A DNA stretch of 64,000 nt from assembly GCF_964188315.1 (NCBI RefSeq), contig NC_135658.1, positions 11,036,001-11,100,000 of the forward strand, written 5' to 3'. The notes under the pieces were generated by a model. That model made no database searches and had not been told where the DNA came from. It saw nothing but the letters and a program-made list of their open reading frames with translations. Positions 37,071 through 48,980 of this stretch are shown here, in pieces. Position 1 is the stretch's first letter. The number at the start of each line of letters is the position of its first letter. The stretch comes from Podarcis muralis. Lineage: Eukaryota. A program made the translations under genes and the position numbers.

Positions 37071-37277
37071 TTACAGATAGGTAGCCGTGTTGGTCTGCCA
37101 TAGTCAAAACAAAAAAAATTCCTTCCAGTAGCACCTTAAAGACCAACTAAGTTAGTTCTTGGTATGAGCTTTCGTGTGCATGGTATCTGAAGAAGTGTGC
37201 ATGCACACGAAAGCTCATACCAAGAACTAACTTAGTTGGTCTTTAAGGTGCTACTGGAAGGAATTTTTTTTGTTTTG
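37071..37277 (+). mobile_element. Penelope-like element terminal fragment with inverted duplication
   Basis: About 15-bp TSD TTTGTTGTGGGGGAG; 78-bp perfect inverted arms; CTGAAGAAG...CGAAAGCTC motif typical of PLE pseudo-LTRs. Confidence 0.75.
37181..37222 (+). ncRNA. Minimal type I hammerhead ribozyme motif
   Basis: UGGUAU-CUGAAGA-A-GUGUGC(AU)GCACAC-GAA-AGCU-C/AUACCA: 6-bp stem I, 6-bp stem II, palindromic AGCU in place of stem III. Confidence 0.7.
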
Positions 37278-40200
37278 TTGTGGGGGAGGAAGGGAAAGGA
37301 GAATGTTAGCCGCTTTGAGACTCCTGAAGGGGAGTGAAAGGCGGGATATCAAATCCAAACTCTTCTTCTTCTTCTACTGAGAAGGCCCTCTGCCTGGTTC
37401 CATGTAGCTTTGCTTCTCGCAATGAGGGAACTGCCAGAAGGCCCTCAGCGCTGGACCTCAGCGTCCGGGCAGAATGATGGGGGTGGAGACGCTCCTTCAG
37501 GTCTACTGGGCCGAGGCCGTTTAGGGCTTTAAAGGTCAACACCAACAAACTGCTTAGGAATGTAGGAAGCTAACTTATAGAGAGTAATAGAATTGGTCCA
37601 TCTAGCTCCCACGGCAAGTGCTCTCAAGCTGATCGGCAAGGGGTCTCAAGCAGGGTCATTGGGCGAGAGACCTTGCGTATAATATACACTGGTACCTCAA
37701 ACTTTATCTGTTCTGGAAGTCCGTTCCAAAACCAAAGCGTTCCAAAACCAAGGTGTGCTTTCCCATAGAAAGTAATGCAAAACAGATTAATCCATTCCAG
37801 ACTTTTGAAAACAACCCCTAACACAGCAATTTAACATGAATTTTACTCTCTAACGAGACAATTGATCCATAAAATGAAAGCAATCGTCAATGCACTGCAC
37901 TATAAAATAAATAAGTCAGTATTGTAGATGTTAAAAATTAAAATATTTTTTTTTCTTAACTGCACTGATGATAGTCATTGTTTGGATGGGGGGGGGGGTA
38001 TCCATTTTACGCAGTCACACAATCCAATCGGTAGCTGAACTGGGTTCCACACAGTCACAAAAACAAATTAACCGAAAAAGCCTCAAAAACAAAAATGCAA
38101 AATAAATAGCAAAAACAAAAGTGCCAAACTTAATCCATTACGGAAGTCCGTTTGACTTCCGAAATGTTCAAAAACCGAGCCGTGGCTTCTGATTGGTGCA
38201 GGTGCCCCGGAAACAATAGCTGACAGCTGCATCGGATGTTCAGCTTCCAAAAAATGTATCAAAAACCAGAACACTTACATCTGGGGTTTTGGTGTTTGGG
38301 AACCAAAGCGTTTGAGAACCAAGGTGTTTGAGAACCAAGGTACCACTGTACAACTTACAGCATAGGACAAGTTATGGAACTGGAATTTGAAATTCACAGT
38401 ATGTTACATGTTGAAAGAAAACTATATGAAAATGATGCTGGTATTTAACTCCTAGTAAATTAGCAAAAAATGTATAAAACAGGGTCAAATATATGCTGGA
38501 AATGTAACGAAAAAGAAGGCACCTTTTATCATAAGTGGTGGAATGTAAGGCAGTAAAAAGGGGGGGGGGGGTGATATATAATGAATTGGGAATTTAAAAA
38601 ACAGCAACAACCAAGAAGCCTTTCTTTTAGGAATTCTAGGTGCCAAAGTCCCAATGGAGCAGAAAAGACTATTTATGTATGTGACCATAGCTGGTCAGAT
38701 ATTAATGGTCCAGAGATGGAAATAAGACAAAGTCCCGGCCAGAGAAGAATGGCAGATTAATTTGATGGACTCTGCTGAAATGGCAAAATTGACCGGAAGA
38801 ATCAGAAATCAGGAAGACCAAAATTTTAATAAGGAATGGGGAAAATTTATAATTTATCTTAAAAACCTTTATAAAAGGCTAAAAATCATTAGTAGGCTTG
38901 GAATAACACTGGTAGTTTAATGTTGAACTTTGGATATAACGGAGATGAAAAAGAATTAGTAAGGTAAAGGGACCCCTGAGCATTAGGTCCAGTTGTGACC
39001 AACTCTGGGGTTGCGGCGTTCATCTCGCTTTATTGGCCGAGGGAGCCGGCATACAGCTTCTGGGTCATGTGGCCAACATGACTAAGCCACTTCTGGCGAA
39101 CCAGAGCAGAGCATGGAAACGTCGTTTACTTTCCCGCCGGAGCGGTACCTATTTATCTACATGCACTTTGACGTGCTTTCGAACTGCTAGGTTGGCAGGA
39201 GCTGGGACTGAGCAACGGGATTCGAACCGCTGACCTTCTGATCGGCAAGTCCTAGGCTCTGTGGTTTAACCCACAGCGCCGATGCAGGAGGAAATATTCA
39301 ACAAAAGGACCCACAAAGGGGAAGAGGGAAGGTCAGGAGATTCTTTGGAACCTTGTTTTGATGTTGGTTGTTGATAATTGACTGTAAAACTTTTATTTTT
39401 TTAAAAAAAAATTATTTTTTTTTTAAAAAAAGAGTTTCAAGCAGGGAAACGCTTTCCTCCCTACCTGGAGGTGGTGAGGACTGAACATGAGATCTTCTGC
39501 ATGTACAGCAGATGCTCTGCTGCTGAGTATTTCAACTTTTGTGGGTTTATTTACAATGCTGGAGCATGCCTGATCAGTTCTAGCCTCTTAATGGTCAGCA
39601 CCAAACAACAACCAGACACACATAGACCCAGAATAGAATGTAAATACTTTTGGATGCTTAACCCCATCAAAACAGTCCTTGAGCAGTGATGTTGTCTTTC
39701 AATGGACGAATGAGAGAGAGAAAGGGATGTTCTCTGTTTTGGGATGTGTCTCCTGAGCAGTTCATCACAGGCCAGATACACACATGGCTGTCTAGCCAAA
39801 CAGGGTATTGCATGGGCAGACAAGTGGGGTGATAACTTGGGCAAAGGGTTTGTGCCACCTGCCCCAGACTGAGTGAGCATGTGTTTGCTGGTTGATCATC
39901 ACCCAACCAGACACCAATTGTCGAAGGGAACGCACAAGGTTTGGGAAAAGTTCAGGGATCTTTGTTGCATTTCTTACACCAGACAAACACCAGCCTTTTG
40001 GGAACTGGAATTCAGGGTTGTCTAGTGAGTGGATTGGCAGCAGATTCAGGTGTCAAATATAGACTTGATAAGTAAAGGTAAAGGACCCCTGGACGGTTAA
40101 GTCCAGTCAAAGGCGACTATGGGGTTGCGACGCTCATCTCATTTTCAGGCTGAGGGAGCTGGCGTAATTAAGGACTACACTGCCTTACAGTGGTTTTATT

Positions 40201-40682
40201 AGGGAGTTAGAGAAATTCATGTAGGGAACTCAATAGCTACCAGGCCAAAGAGAACCTTGCCTGTAATGACCAGTGGGACGATACTTGGTGCTGGTGTTGA
40301 CCTTTAAAGCCCTAAACGGCCTCGGTCCTGTATACCTGAAGGAGCGTCTCCACCCCCGTCGTTCTGCCCGGACACTGAGGTCCAGCACCAGGACCTTCTG
40401 GAGGTTTCCTCACTGTGAGAAGCAAAGCTACAGGCAACCAGGCAGAGGGCCTTCTCGGTAGTGGCGCCTGCCCTGTGGAACGCCCTCCCATCAGATGTCA
40501 AAGAGATAAACAACTACATGACATTTAGAAGACATCTGAAGGCAGCCCTGTTTGGGGAAGTTTTTAATGTGTGACATTTTGATGTATTTTTAATCCTAGT
40601 TGGAAGCCGCCCAGAGTGGCTGGGGAAACCCAGCCAGGTGGGTGAATAATAAATAATAATAATTATTATTATTATTATTATT

Positions 40683-40732
<50 letters not shown>

Positions 40733-41463
40733 CGTCAGACATGTCTTTGGTGGCAGGTAATCGAGCCAGCCAGCTCCAGAAGGGCAACTGTGTCCATTTA
40801 TTGCAGCAAGGAACAGCATTGTGCTGCATGGGGTAGTTGACAAGATGTCATGGACTGGCTGGATTGCAGAGGGTTAGGTGAAAGCCAGATGTCCAGTGCC
40901 AATTTGCCAAATGGAAAAATTCCTGCCTGGCCCCAAATACGGCGGCCGACTAAGTCCTTAGAAAAGTCAAAACGTCAGTAAAAGCAATCAAATTCAGGGT
41001 GGGTAGGTGGGAGATCGGACAAAAGAGCAGGGAAGACTGCCAGGCAGGCCACAATTTAACACCCCATGGAGTGGGCCCACGCGTCCTCATTGGCTGGTTG
41101 TGCCCGCCGTCAGAGGAAAGCCTATTCAAGGTCTACTGGCATTGGCAAATAGCCGGCAGCCAGGTGATCCCAGCTGCCATTTGCTGGATCACTTGCGTGG
41201 CCCGCGGCCTGGACGTGACACCACCCACCGCAGAAGGTGAGCGGACGTCCTCTAACTCTCCACTTTTCCAGACTAAACCTGCCCAGCTCCTTCAACTGTT
41301 CCTCATCAGACCTGGTTTCCAGACCCTTGATCATCTTGGTTGCCCTCCTCTGCACATGTTCCAGCTTGTCAATATCCTTCTTAAATTGATCCTTATTATT
41401 GAAATGTTTGCCGCCTTGTTTCCTTCAGGAGGAAGGGTGGGATATAAATTAAAATAATAGTAA

Positions 41464-41515
<52 letters not shown>

Positions 41516-44500
41516 GGCCCAGCTACAGGAAGAAGAAACCCTCTAGTTTTCCCATTATGAACGCAGGACTTGCTTGTCTCTTTCAGTTTTAGGAACAAAA
41601 ACCCTGCAGAGGGACATTCCGAAGGCCTTTAGCGAGGTATTTTTATATGCAACAAATGCAGCTCGGATTTTGGTGGCAAAGGAGTGGAAGGAAGAAGAAG
41701 TCCCGACAATAACGGACTGGCATAACAACCTGCAAGAATTTGCTGAAATAGCGCAGTTGACAAATAGCCTGAGAGGCAATTCAAAGCAAAAATTTATGGA
41801 AAAGTGGGATAGATATAAGATATATGTTAAAAAAAATACAGTAAAGGTTCGCTATCTATGCTAGCATTCGATTGATGTTGGAGAGAGACTGAGTTGAGAC
41901 ATAAGAACAAGGGTACATAACGATATAGGAATGTATTAGATAAAATGTAAAGAAATATACAATAATAAGAGTACAGTGGTACCTCGGGTTAAGTACTTAA
42001 TTCGTTCTGGAGGTCCGTTCTTAACCTGAAACTATTCTTAACCTGAAGCACCACTTTAGCTAATGGGGCCTCCTGCTGCCGCTGTGCCACCGCCGCACGA
42101 TTTCTGTTCTCATCCTGAAGCAAAGTTCTTAACCCCAGGTACTATTTCTGGGTTAGCGGAGTCTGTAACCTGAAGTGTATGTAACCTGAAGCGTATGTAA
42201 CCCGAGGTACCACTGTATATTCATTTGTAAAAAAGGAATATACAACGGAATAGGCAGGAAGTCCAAAGTGTTGGTACATATATGATTTTGGAATAGTTTT
42301 TTGTCCCTGTTTCTTTTTCTTTTAGTATATAAACTTTGTATACATGTTGAAAATTATAGTATAATAAGCCTTGTGACGTAATATGAGAATGCTTACTGAG
42401 GTAACATAAGAACTTTAATAAATAAAATTTTTAAAAAGGAACAAAAACCCTGCAGAGATGAAATCTCCCTTCACCTTATTTTCCTGCCTTGCATCAGCTC
42501 TCTTCCAGTGCCCTATGGTCTGTTGGCAATGAAGAACCGCAGACACAGCTGAACATTTCGTGTTCTGGCAGAAGGGTTTCCAAAGTGTTTGGCCCATGCA
42601 ATGCTGAGTGCTGCTTGGGCCAAAACGAATGGGTCAAAAGGAAATGGGCGCCATGCAACTTTTCACTCATCGAGACAAATTTCCCCATCTCTGGAGAGGG
42701 GTCTTGCTCCAAAGTGGCAGACGATTTCGCCAGCGCTCATCCTAACGCCCAGCACAGCTCTTGTCTATTATCCAGCATTTGCAAAATTGCGTGGCCTTGC
42801 CGAGTCCCAGTGAAAGGGTCAAAGCAGTAGGCACAGTTCAGTTCTATTTTGGGGAGATCTGTAAATAAAGCCACACTGTTAGCTGCCAAGAAAGGAAACA
42901 GTTGCCTCATATGTTCAAGGATAAAGGTTGCGATTGCCTAAAACGGTGCTAGGGTAGTGTCTTTTTCTTGGCACTGAACCCGTCCTGATCACTCGTTGGG
43001 TGACTGAGCTCCATCCAGTCTTCTTTTCTTTTTTGAAAATAATTTTTATTTGGTTCTACAGATTTAAGATTATAATCATACCACATCAATCAATAGATTT
43101 TATTGCGTTAGCCGTGTGGCCATAGCATGATATACATAGAAATAACAACATAAAATGGGGGTGGGGAGATAAAGGTAGATATCGTCCCACATCAAATCCA
43201 CAGTTAAAAGATTCCTCCAAATCTCTGGACTTCCCACCCTCCCCTCCTTGGGTTCTGTTGTTCCCCCTTTTCTGTTGCATCTTTCCCTCATAAACCAAGT
43301 TTTTTGTAACTCCATTATATCCCTAGTTTTCATTACAGTGGTACCTCGGGTTACAGACGCTTCAGGTTACATACGCTTCAGGTTACAGACTCCGCTAACC
43401 CAGAAATAGTACCTTGGGTTAAGAACTTTACCTCAGGATGAGAACAGAAATTGCGTGGCAGCAGCGGGAGGCCCCATTAGCTAAAGTGGTGCTTCAGGTT
43501 AAGAACAGTTTCAGGTTAAGAACGGACTCCGGAACGAATTAAGTTCTTAACCTGAGGTACCACTGTACATTACATGTGTTATTGCAGTCCTGCTAGTGTT
43601 TTCAGCTGTTTATAGTGGTCTTCCAGGTAAATTATAATTTTTCCCCATTCCTTATTAAAGTTTTGGTCTTCCTGGTTTCTGAGCTTCCCAATCAATTTTG
43701 TCATAATCCATCAACATGATCTGCCATTCTTCTCTAGTAGGGACTTTATCTTCTTTCCATCTCTGAGCTAACAGCATCCATGCAGCTGTCGTCACATACA
43801 TAAGAAGTATTTTCTGCTCCCTTGGAATTTCAGCACCTACAATTCCTAATAGAAAAGCGTCTGGGTTTTTTAAATAAAAGTTATTTTAAACATTTTTTCC
43901 AATTCATTATATATCATTTCCCATAATGCTTTTATTACCTTACACGTCCACCACATAGGATAAAAGGTGCATTCTTTCTCTTTACATTTCCAGCAGATAT
44001 TTATACCTGTCTTGTACATTTTTGCTAACTTACTAGGGTTATATATCACTGGTACATCATTTTCCTGTACAGTGGTACCTCGGGTTAAGAACTTGATTAG
44101 TTCTGGAGGTCCGTTCTTAACCTGAAACTGTTCTTAACCTGAGGTACCACTTTAACTAATGGGGCCTCCCGCTGCCGCCACACGATTTCTGTTCTTATCC
44201 TGAAGCAAAGTTCTTAACCCGAGGTACTATTTCTGGTTTAGCGGAGTCTGTAACCTGAAGCGTCTGTAACCTGAGGCGTCTGTAACCTGTGGTAACACTG
44301 TAATTTTCTTTCAATGTACAGCATGCCGAGAATGTCAAATCTGTATTCTTTAACCTCTCCCAAGATGAGAGCTGGATATTATGTCCCAAATCCCTTGCCC
44401 ATTATATCATTACAGATTTAACCTGTTCAACCTTTGTGTGCCATTCCAAAATCTATCTTCCATCCAGTCTTGCTGCATACATTGTCCTCAATAAGTCTGG

Positions 44501-44576
44501 AAGATTTAACTACTCTCACCACTTACAGCCCACCTTGAATTGCATTTGGCACCTCAAGATACCTGTAAGCTGTAGA

Positions 44577-44980
44577 CCAGGGGTCGCCAACCTAAGGCCC
44601 ACGGGCTTGGAGCAACCCACGGAGGCTGTTTAACAGGCCCACAAGCCACCCCCGAACAGAGCCGCCCGCTCAGCGAGTCCCCACACAATGCGCTAAACCA
44701 CCGCAGCGCAGGGACTCTCTTCTGTGGCTCCGGAAATTGCTTCTGCGCATCCCCAGACTCTGGAAATCGCATCTGCGCATGTCTGCGGTTCCGGAAATCG
44801 CTTCTGGGCATGCCCAGACACAGAAAATCGCTTCTGCACAGGCACAATTTTCAGCATCTGGGCATGCGCAGAAGCGATTTCTGGCACTTCGGACATGCGC
44901 AGACGCGATTTCTGGCGTCACGCTGTGCCAGCCTGGCCCACGGAGGATCTCCGCGGGAGTGATCTGGCCCATGCCCTTGC
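44577..44980. mobile_element. hAT MITE (CAGGGGTCGGCAACC family) directly upstream of the THRSP pseudogene
   Basis: Terminus and internal GCGCAGAAGCGATTTCCGG repeats shared with copies at 2305-2550 and 3929-4292. Confidence 0.75.
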
Positions 44981-45012
44981 TGTAGACACAGGGAAAATCT
45001 CACCTCCTAGCT

Positions 45013-45505
45013 ATGGGAGGTTCCTTCTCTGCTGTGCAGAAGATGGAGTAGCTTCGGAAGAGCCAGACGACACATTTGAAGCTGACTCTGATGGGGGCCA
45101 AAAGTGACGCAGGTGGCGCTGTGGGTTAAACCACAGAGCCTAGAACTTGCCGATCAGAAGTTCGGCGGTTCAAATCCCTGCGGAGGGGTGAGTGCCCGTT
45201 GTTCAGTACCTGCTCCTGCCAACTGAGCAGTTCAAAAGCACGAAGTGCAAGTAGATAAACAGGTACCGCTCCGGCGGGAAGGTAAATGGCATTTCCGTGT
45301 GCTGCTCTGGTTCGCCAGAAGCGGCTTAGTCAAGCTGTCTGCGGACAAACGCCGGCTCCCTCGGCCTATAGAGCGAGATTAGCGTGCAACCTCAGAGTCG
45401 GTCACGACTGGACCTAATGGTCAGGGGTCCTTTTACTGATGGTGGCCAAGAGCTGTATGAATATTACACACAGGTGAAATCCACGAAGCAGTCAGCAGAA
45501 GACAT
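45013..45505 (+). pseudogene. THRSP: THRSP pseudogene (THRSP-1-like) with a premature stop, an internal deletion and a SINE insertion
   Basis: ATG GGA GGT TCC TTC TCT GCT GTG CAG AAG ATG GAG TAG aligns to THRSP-1 ATG GAA GAT TAC TTC TCT GCA GTC CGC AAG ATG GAG CAA; then EPDDTFEADSDGGQ, a SINE, then ELYEYYTQVKSTK (THRSP-1: DNTPEADSGGKDLYDYYTLLKSIK). Confidence 0.85.
45103..45436 (+). mobile_element. Sauria SINE inserted into the THRSP pseudogene
   Basis: TSD TGATGG(G/T)GGCCAA at 45089-45101 and 45437-45449. About 15 further Sauria SINE copies, e.g. 9433-9850, 12268-12590, 23482-23860, 27410-27755, 38960-39282, 52303-52650, 62910-63210. Confidence 0.9.
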
Positions 45506-45566
45506 TCACGAGGGGTTCAAAAACGAGGAAGCGGTTTTGTGCTGCTGTGAGGTCCTCCATCCTATA

Positions 45567-45998
45567 CAGTGGTGCCTCGCAAGACGAAAAGAATCCGTTC
45601 CGCGAGTCTCTTCGTCTTGCGGTTTTTTCGTCCTGCGAAGCAAGCCCATTAGCGGATTAGCGGATTAGCGCTATTAGCGGGCTTAGCGGATCAGCTGATA
45701 AGCGGCTTAGCGGATCAGCTGATTAGCGGCTTAGCGGATCAGCTGTTAAGCGGCTTAGCGGATCAGCTGATAAGCGGCTTAGCGATCAGCTGTTAAGCGG
45801 CTTAGCGGATCAGCTGATAAGCGGCTTAGCGGCTTGGGGAAAAGGGGAGGGGGAACCCTGCAGGAACTCGCAAGACATTTTCGTCTTGTGAAGCAAGCCC
45901 ATAGGAAATTCGTTTTGCGAAGCACCTCCAAAACGGAAAACCCTTTCGTCTAGCGGGTTTTCTGTCTTGCGAGGCATTCGTCTTGCAGGGCACCACTG
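45567..45998. mobile_element. Tc1/pogo-type MITE, family B, with an internal (GCGGCTTA/GCGGATCAGCTG) tandem array
   Basis: CAGTGGTGCC..GCAAGACGAA TIRs, TA TSD; copies at 2555-2893 and 20168-20522. Confidence 0.85.
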
Positions 45999-46559
45999 TA
46001 CTCAGGTTGCATATAGGTGTTTCTTTCTGCTGCTGGTTTCCATGGCATCTTTGGGGAGGGGCAAGATGTTGCAGGAGACCTCTGCCCCAGGCCCTGAAGA
46101 GGCTATGGACGTGCCAGTCAGAATAGATGGAACCGGGCTAGATGAACAAGTTGCTTGATCTGGGGCTAAGGCATCTTCTATTGCATCTTCCAGCCCTTGC
46201 CCTGACCCTGACCATGTATCAGTGTTCAGAGGGGAGCTGGATTTCCAGACTGAAGCCATTGCCAAACATCTTTGCCCACAAAATCTCTGCTTCTCATGAC
46301 CCCCGCAAAATGGTAGTATGAACCATCTATCACAAACGGAGCCCAAATTATGCAATCATTCTCCTGGCACCCTCCCTGTGCTTGCTGAAGGCCAGGAAAG
46401 TGCCTTGCCAAACGTTGTTAGGAAATTTCCATTCAGTGCAAGCCCAGATTATAGCTTGATTTAGATTTCTCTGCCTCTCTCTGATTATTGGTCAGAATTG
46501 TGGAGCTGGAAGGGACTTTCAGAACGTTCTAGTCCAGCTCTTACCACCAGAAAGTTCCT

Positions 46560-48245
46560 CCTGATGTTTAGTGGACTCTCTGTTCTTGTAACTTGAAGTC
46601 ACTGGTTCAAGTCCCACCCTCCAGAGCAGGAGAAAACCAGCTTGCTCCATCTTCAATGTGACAGCCTTTCGGATATTTGAAGAAGGCTGTCATATCTCCC
46701 CCTCAGTCTCCTCTTTTTCCAGGCTAAGCATACACAGCTCCTTCAACCGTTCCTCATCAGACCTGGTTTCCAGATCCTTGATCATCTTGGTTGCCCTCCT
46801 CTGCACACCTTCCAGCTTGTCAACATCCTTCTTAAATTGTGGTGCCCAGAACTGGACACAGGACTCCGGGTGTGTTCTGACCAAGGCAGAATAGAGTGGG
46901 ACTATTACTTTCCTTGATCAGGACACTAGACCTCTTGATGCAGCCTAGAATAGGATTAGCTCTTTTTGCTGCTGCATCACGTGGTTGACTCATGCTAAGC
47001 TTGTGGTCCACCAAGACCCCTAGATCCTTTTCACATGTACTGCTTGCGAGACAGATGTTCGCCTTCATAAATTACTGCAGTTGATTATTCCTGCCTTACA
47101 TTTCTCCCTGTAGAAATTCATTTTGTTAGTTTTGGCCCAATTCTCCAATCTGTTAAGGTCATCTTGAACCCTGATTCTGTCTTCTGCAGCATTAGCTACC
47201 CCTCCCATTTTGGTGTCATCTGCAGATTTGATGAGTATCCCCTCAGTTCCTTTGTCCAAGTCATTTAAAAAGAGGTTGAACAACAATGGGCCCAGTACAG
47301 AACCCTGCGGCACCCCACTCGGCACTTATTTCCAGGATGATAAAAAGGTAAAGGTACCCCTGCCCATACGGGCCAGTCTTGCCAGACTCTAGGGTTGTGC
47401 GCCCATCTCACTCAAGAGGCCGGGGGCCAGCGCTGTCCGGAGACACTTCCGGGTCACGTGGCCAGCGTGACAAGCTGCATCTGGCGAGCCAGCGCAGCAC
47501 ACGGAACGCCGTTTACCTTCCTGCTAGTAAGTGGTCCCTATTTATCTACTTGCACCCGGGGGTGCTTTCGAACTGCTAGGTTGGCAGGTGCTGGGACTGA
47601 GCGACGGGAGCGCACCCCGCCGCGGGGATTCGAACCGCCGACCTTTCGATCGGCAAGTCCTAGGCACGGAGACTTTTACTCACAGCGCCACCCGCGTCCC
47701 TCCAGGATGATAAGGAACCATTAATGAGCACTCTTTGGGTTTGGTCAGTCAACAAGCTACAAATCCACCTAAAAGTTACCTCATCCAGCCCACAATTTAC
47801 CCACTTCTCTGGGTTATCATGGGGGACCTTACTGAAATCAAGATACAGTGGTACCTCGGGTTAAGTACTTAATTCGTTCTGGAGGACTGTTCTTAACTTG
47901 AAACTGTTCTTAACCTGAAGCACCACTTTAGCTAATGGGGCCTCCCGCTGCCGCTGCACGATTTCTGTTCTCATCCTGAAGCAAAGTTCTTAACCTGAGG
48001 TAACATTTCTGGGTTAGTAGAGTCTGTAACCTGAAGCGTATGTAACCTGAAGCGTATGTAACCCGAGGTACCACTGTACATTATGTCCACTGCGTCCCCC
48101 TGATCCACCAAGTTTGTAACTCTATCAAAGAAAAAAGTGAGATTTGTCTGACATGACTTGTTTTTGAAAAACCCATGCTAGGTCTTAGTAATCACAGCAT
48201 CCATTTTGAAGTGTGCTCAGACTGACTGTTTAATTATCTGTTCAA
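46560..48245 (-). mobile_element. CR1 LINE fragment interrupted by a Sauria SINE and a Tc1/pogo MITE
   Basis: CR1 RT-region translations (GVPQGSVLGPLLFN, ADDTK); other CR1 pieces at about 29.6-30.5k, 41.2-41.4k, 63.2-63.5k. Confidence 0.85.
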
Positions 48246-48279
48246 GGACCCTGGTGGCAAGTAGCTGATAGAGGCAAAA

Positions 48280-48470
48280 GGGTTTGAGAAAGAATCTGGG
48301 AAAGAATCCAGACTGTAAATAAAATCACATTGCAAGCCACAGACGAGTCACTGCCAAATTCTTGCAATACACGGGAAGCTGGGATTGGCTCCCTGGGAAA
48401 GGAGGGTCTGGAACTGGCATGGAACTATCCCACTCAGGCTCTCTGGAAGTGACCAAGATTGCTATATAAA
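48280..48470 (+). promoter_or_regulatory. THRSP-3 proximal promoter: forkhead-like and C/EBP-like block, inverted CCAAT (48384-48388), TATA (48463-48470)
   Basis: Motifs visible in the sequence; mirrored at 35346-35530 and partly conserved at 28388-28560. Confidence 0.7.
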
Positions 48471-48584
48471 TTGCCACCAGCAAGGCTGAAACCTAACACA
48501 GCTCACCTTTCTTGCACAGCGCAGATTGGGACCCTGAAAAAGAAGTCAAATTCAGATCCGGAGAATTCCTCTCGACCCATCGCC

Positions 48585-48980
48585 ATGGAAAGATACGTCT
48601 CTGCCGTCCGCAAGATGGAGCAAACGGTGATGTTTCCCAGCCTCCTCCTTGGAGTCTCCTTGGAAGACCAGGCTGAAACATTTGAGACCAACTTGAGCAA
48701 TGGAGACTCCAGCGAGAGAGACCTGTATGAAGACTACACTCTGCTAAAAGCCATCAAGGGGAGGGCGGAGGGTGGCTTAGCACCTCTTGACTTCCAGAAT
48801 CCCAGCCTCAAGGAAGAGGAGAGCAAAGAGAAGGCTGATCTGGAAGATCTCTTCCATTACCACGTGTCCGGCTTGCACCGCGTCCTCACCCAGCTGACGA
48901 GGAGGGCCAACGCCGTGACTTCTAAATATAATGAAATCATGGGGCAGATCAACCAGAACGAAATCTCTCTCCGCTGGTGA
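48585..48980 (+). CDS. THRSP: THRSP-3, 131 aa, one amino acid different from THRSP-2 (S37L)
   Basis: Inverted near-identical copy of THRSP-2; TATATAAA at 48463-48470; GTGAGT donor at 49004. Confidence 0.95.
   Translation: MERYVSAVRKMEQTVMFPSLLLGVSLEDQAETFETNLSNGDSSERDLYEDYTLLKAIKGRAEGGLAPLDFQNPSLKEEESKEKADLEDLFHYHVSGLHRVLTQLTRRANAVTSKYNEIMGQINQNEISLRW

Larger units (their letters stand above)
36657..37374 (+). mobile_element. Two tandem tRNA/CORE-type SINEs (Squam3/MIR-like) inside an L2 fragment; the second carries a Penelope-type insertion
   Basis: Heads GAGCCAGTGTGGTGTAGTGGTTAAGAGC at about 36659 and 36905; CORE-like GCTGGGTGACCTTGGGCCAGTCAC; (TCT)n tails. Confidence 0.8.

Noticed and set aside
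42480-43020. DR4 thyroid/LXR response element in the spacer
   Set aside because: Half-sites (GGGTCA, TGAACC) are present but spacing and the second half-sites do not give a convincing DR4.
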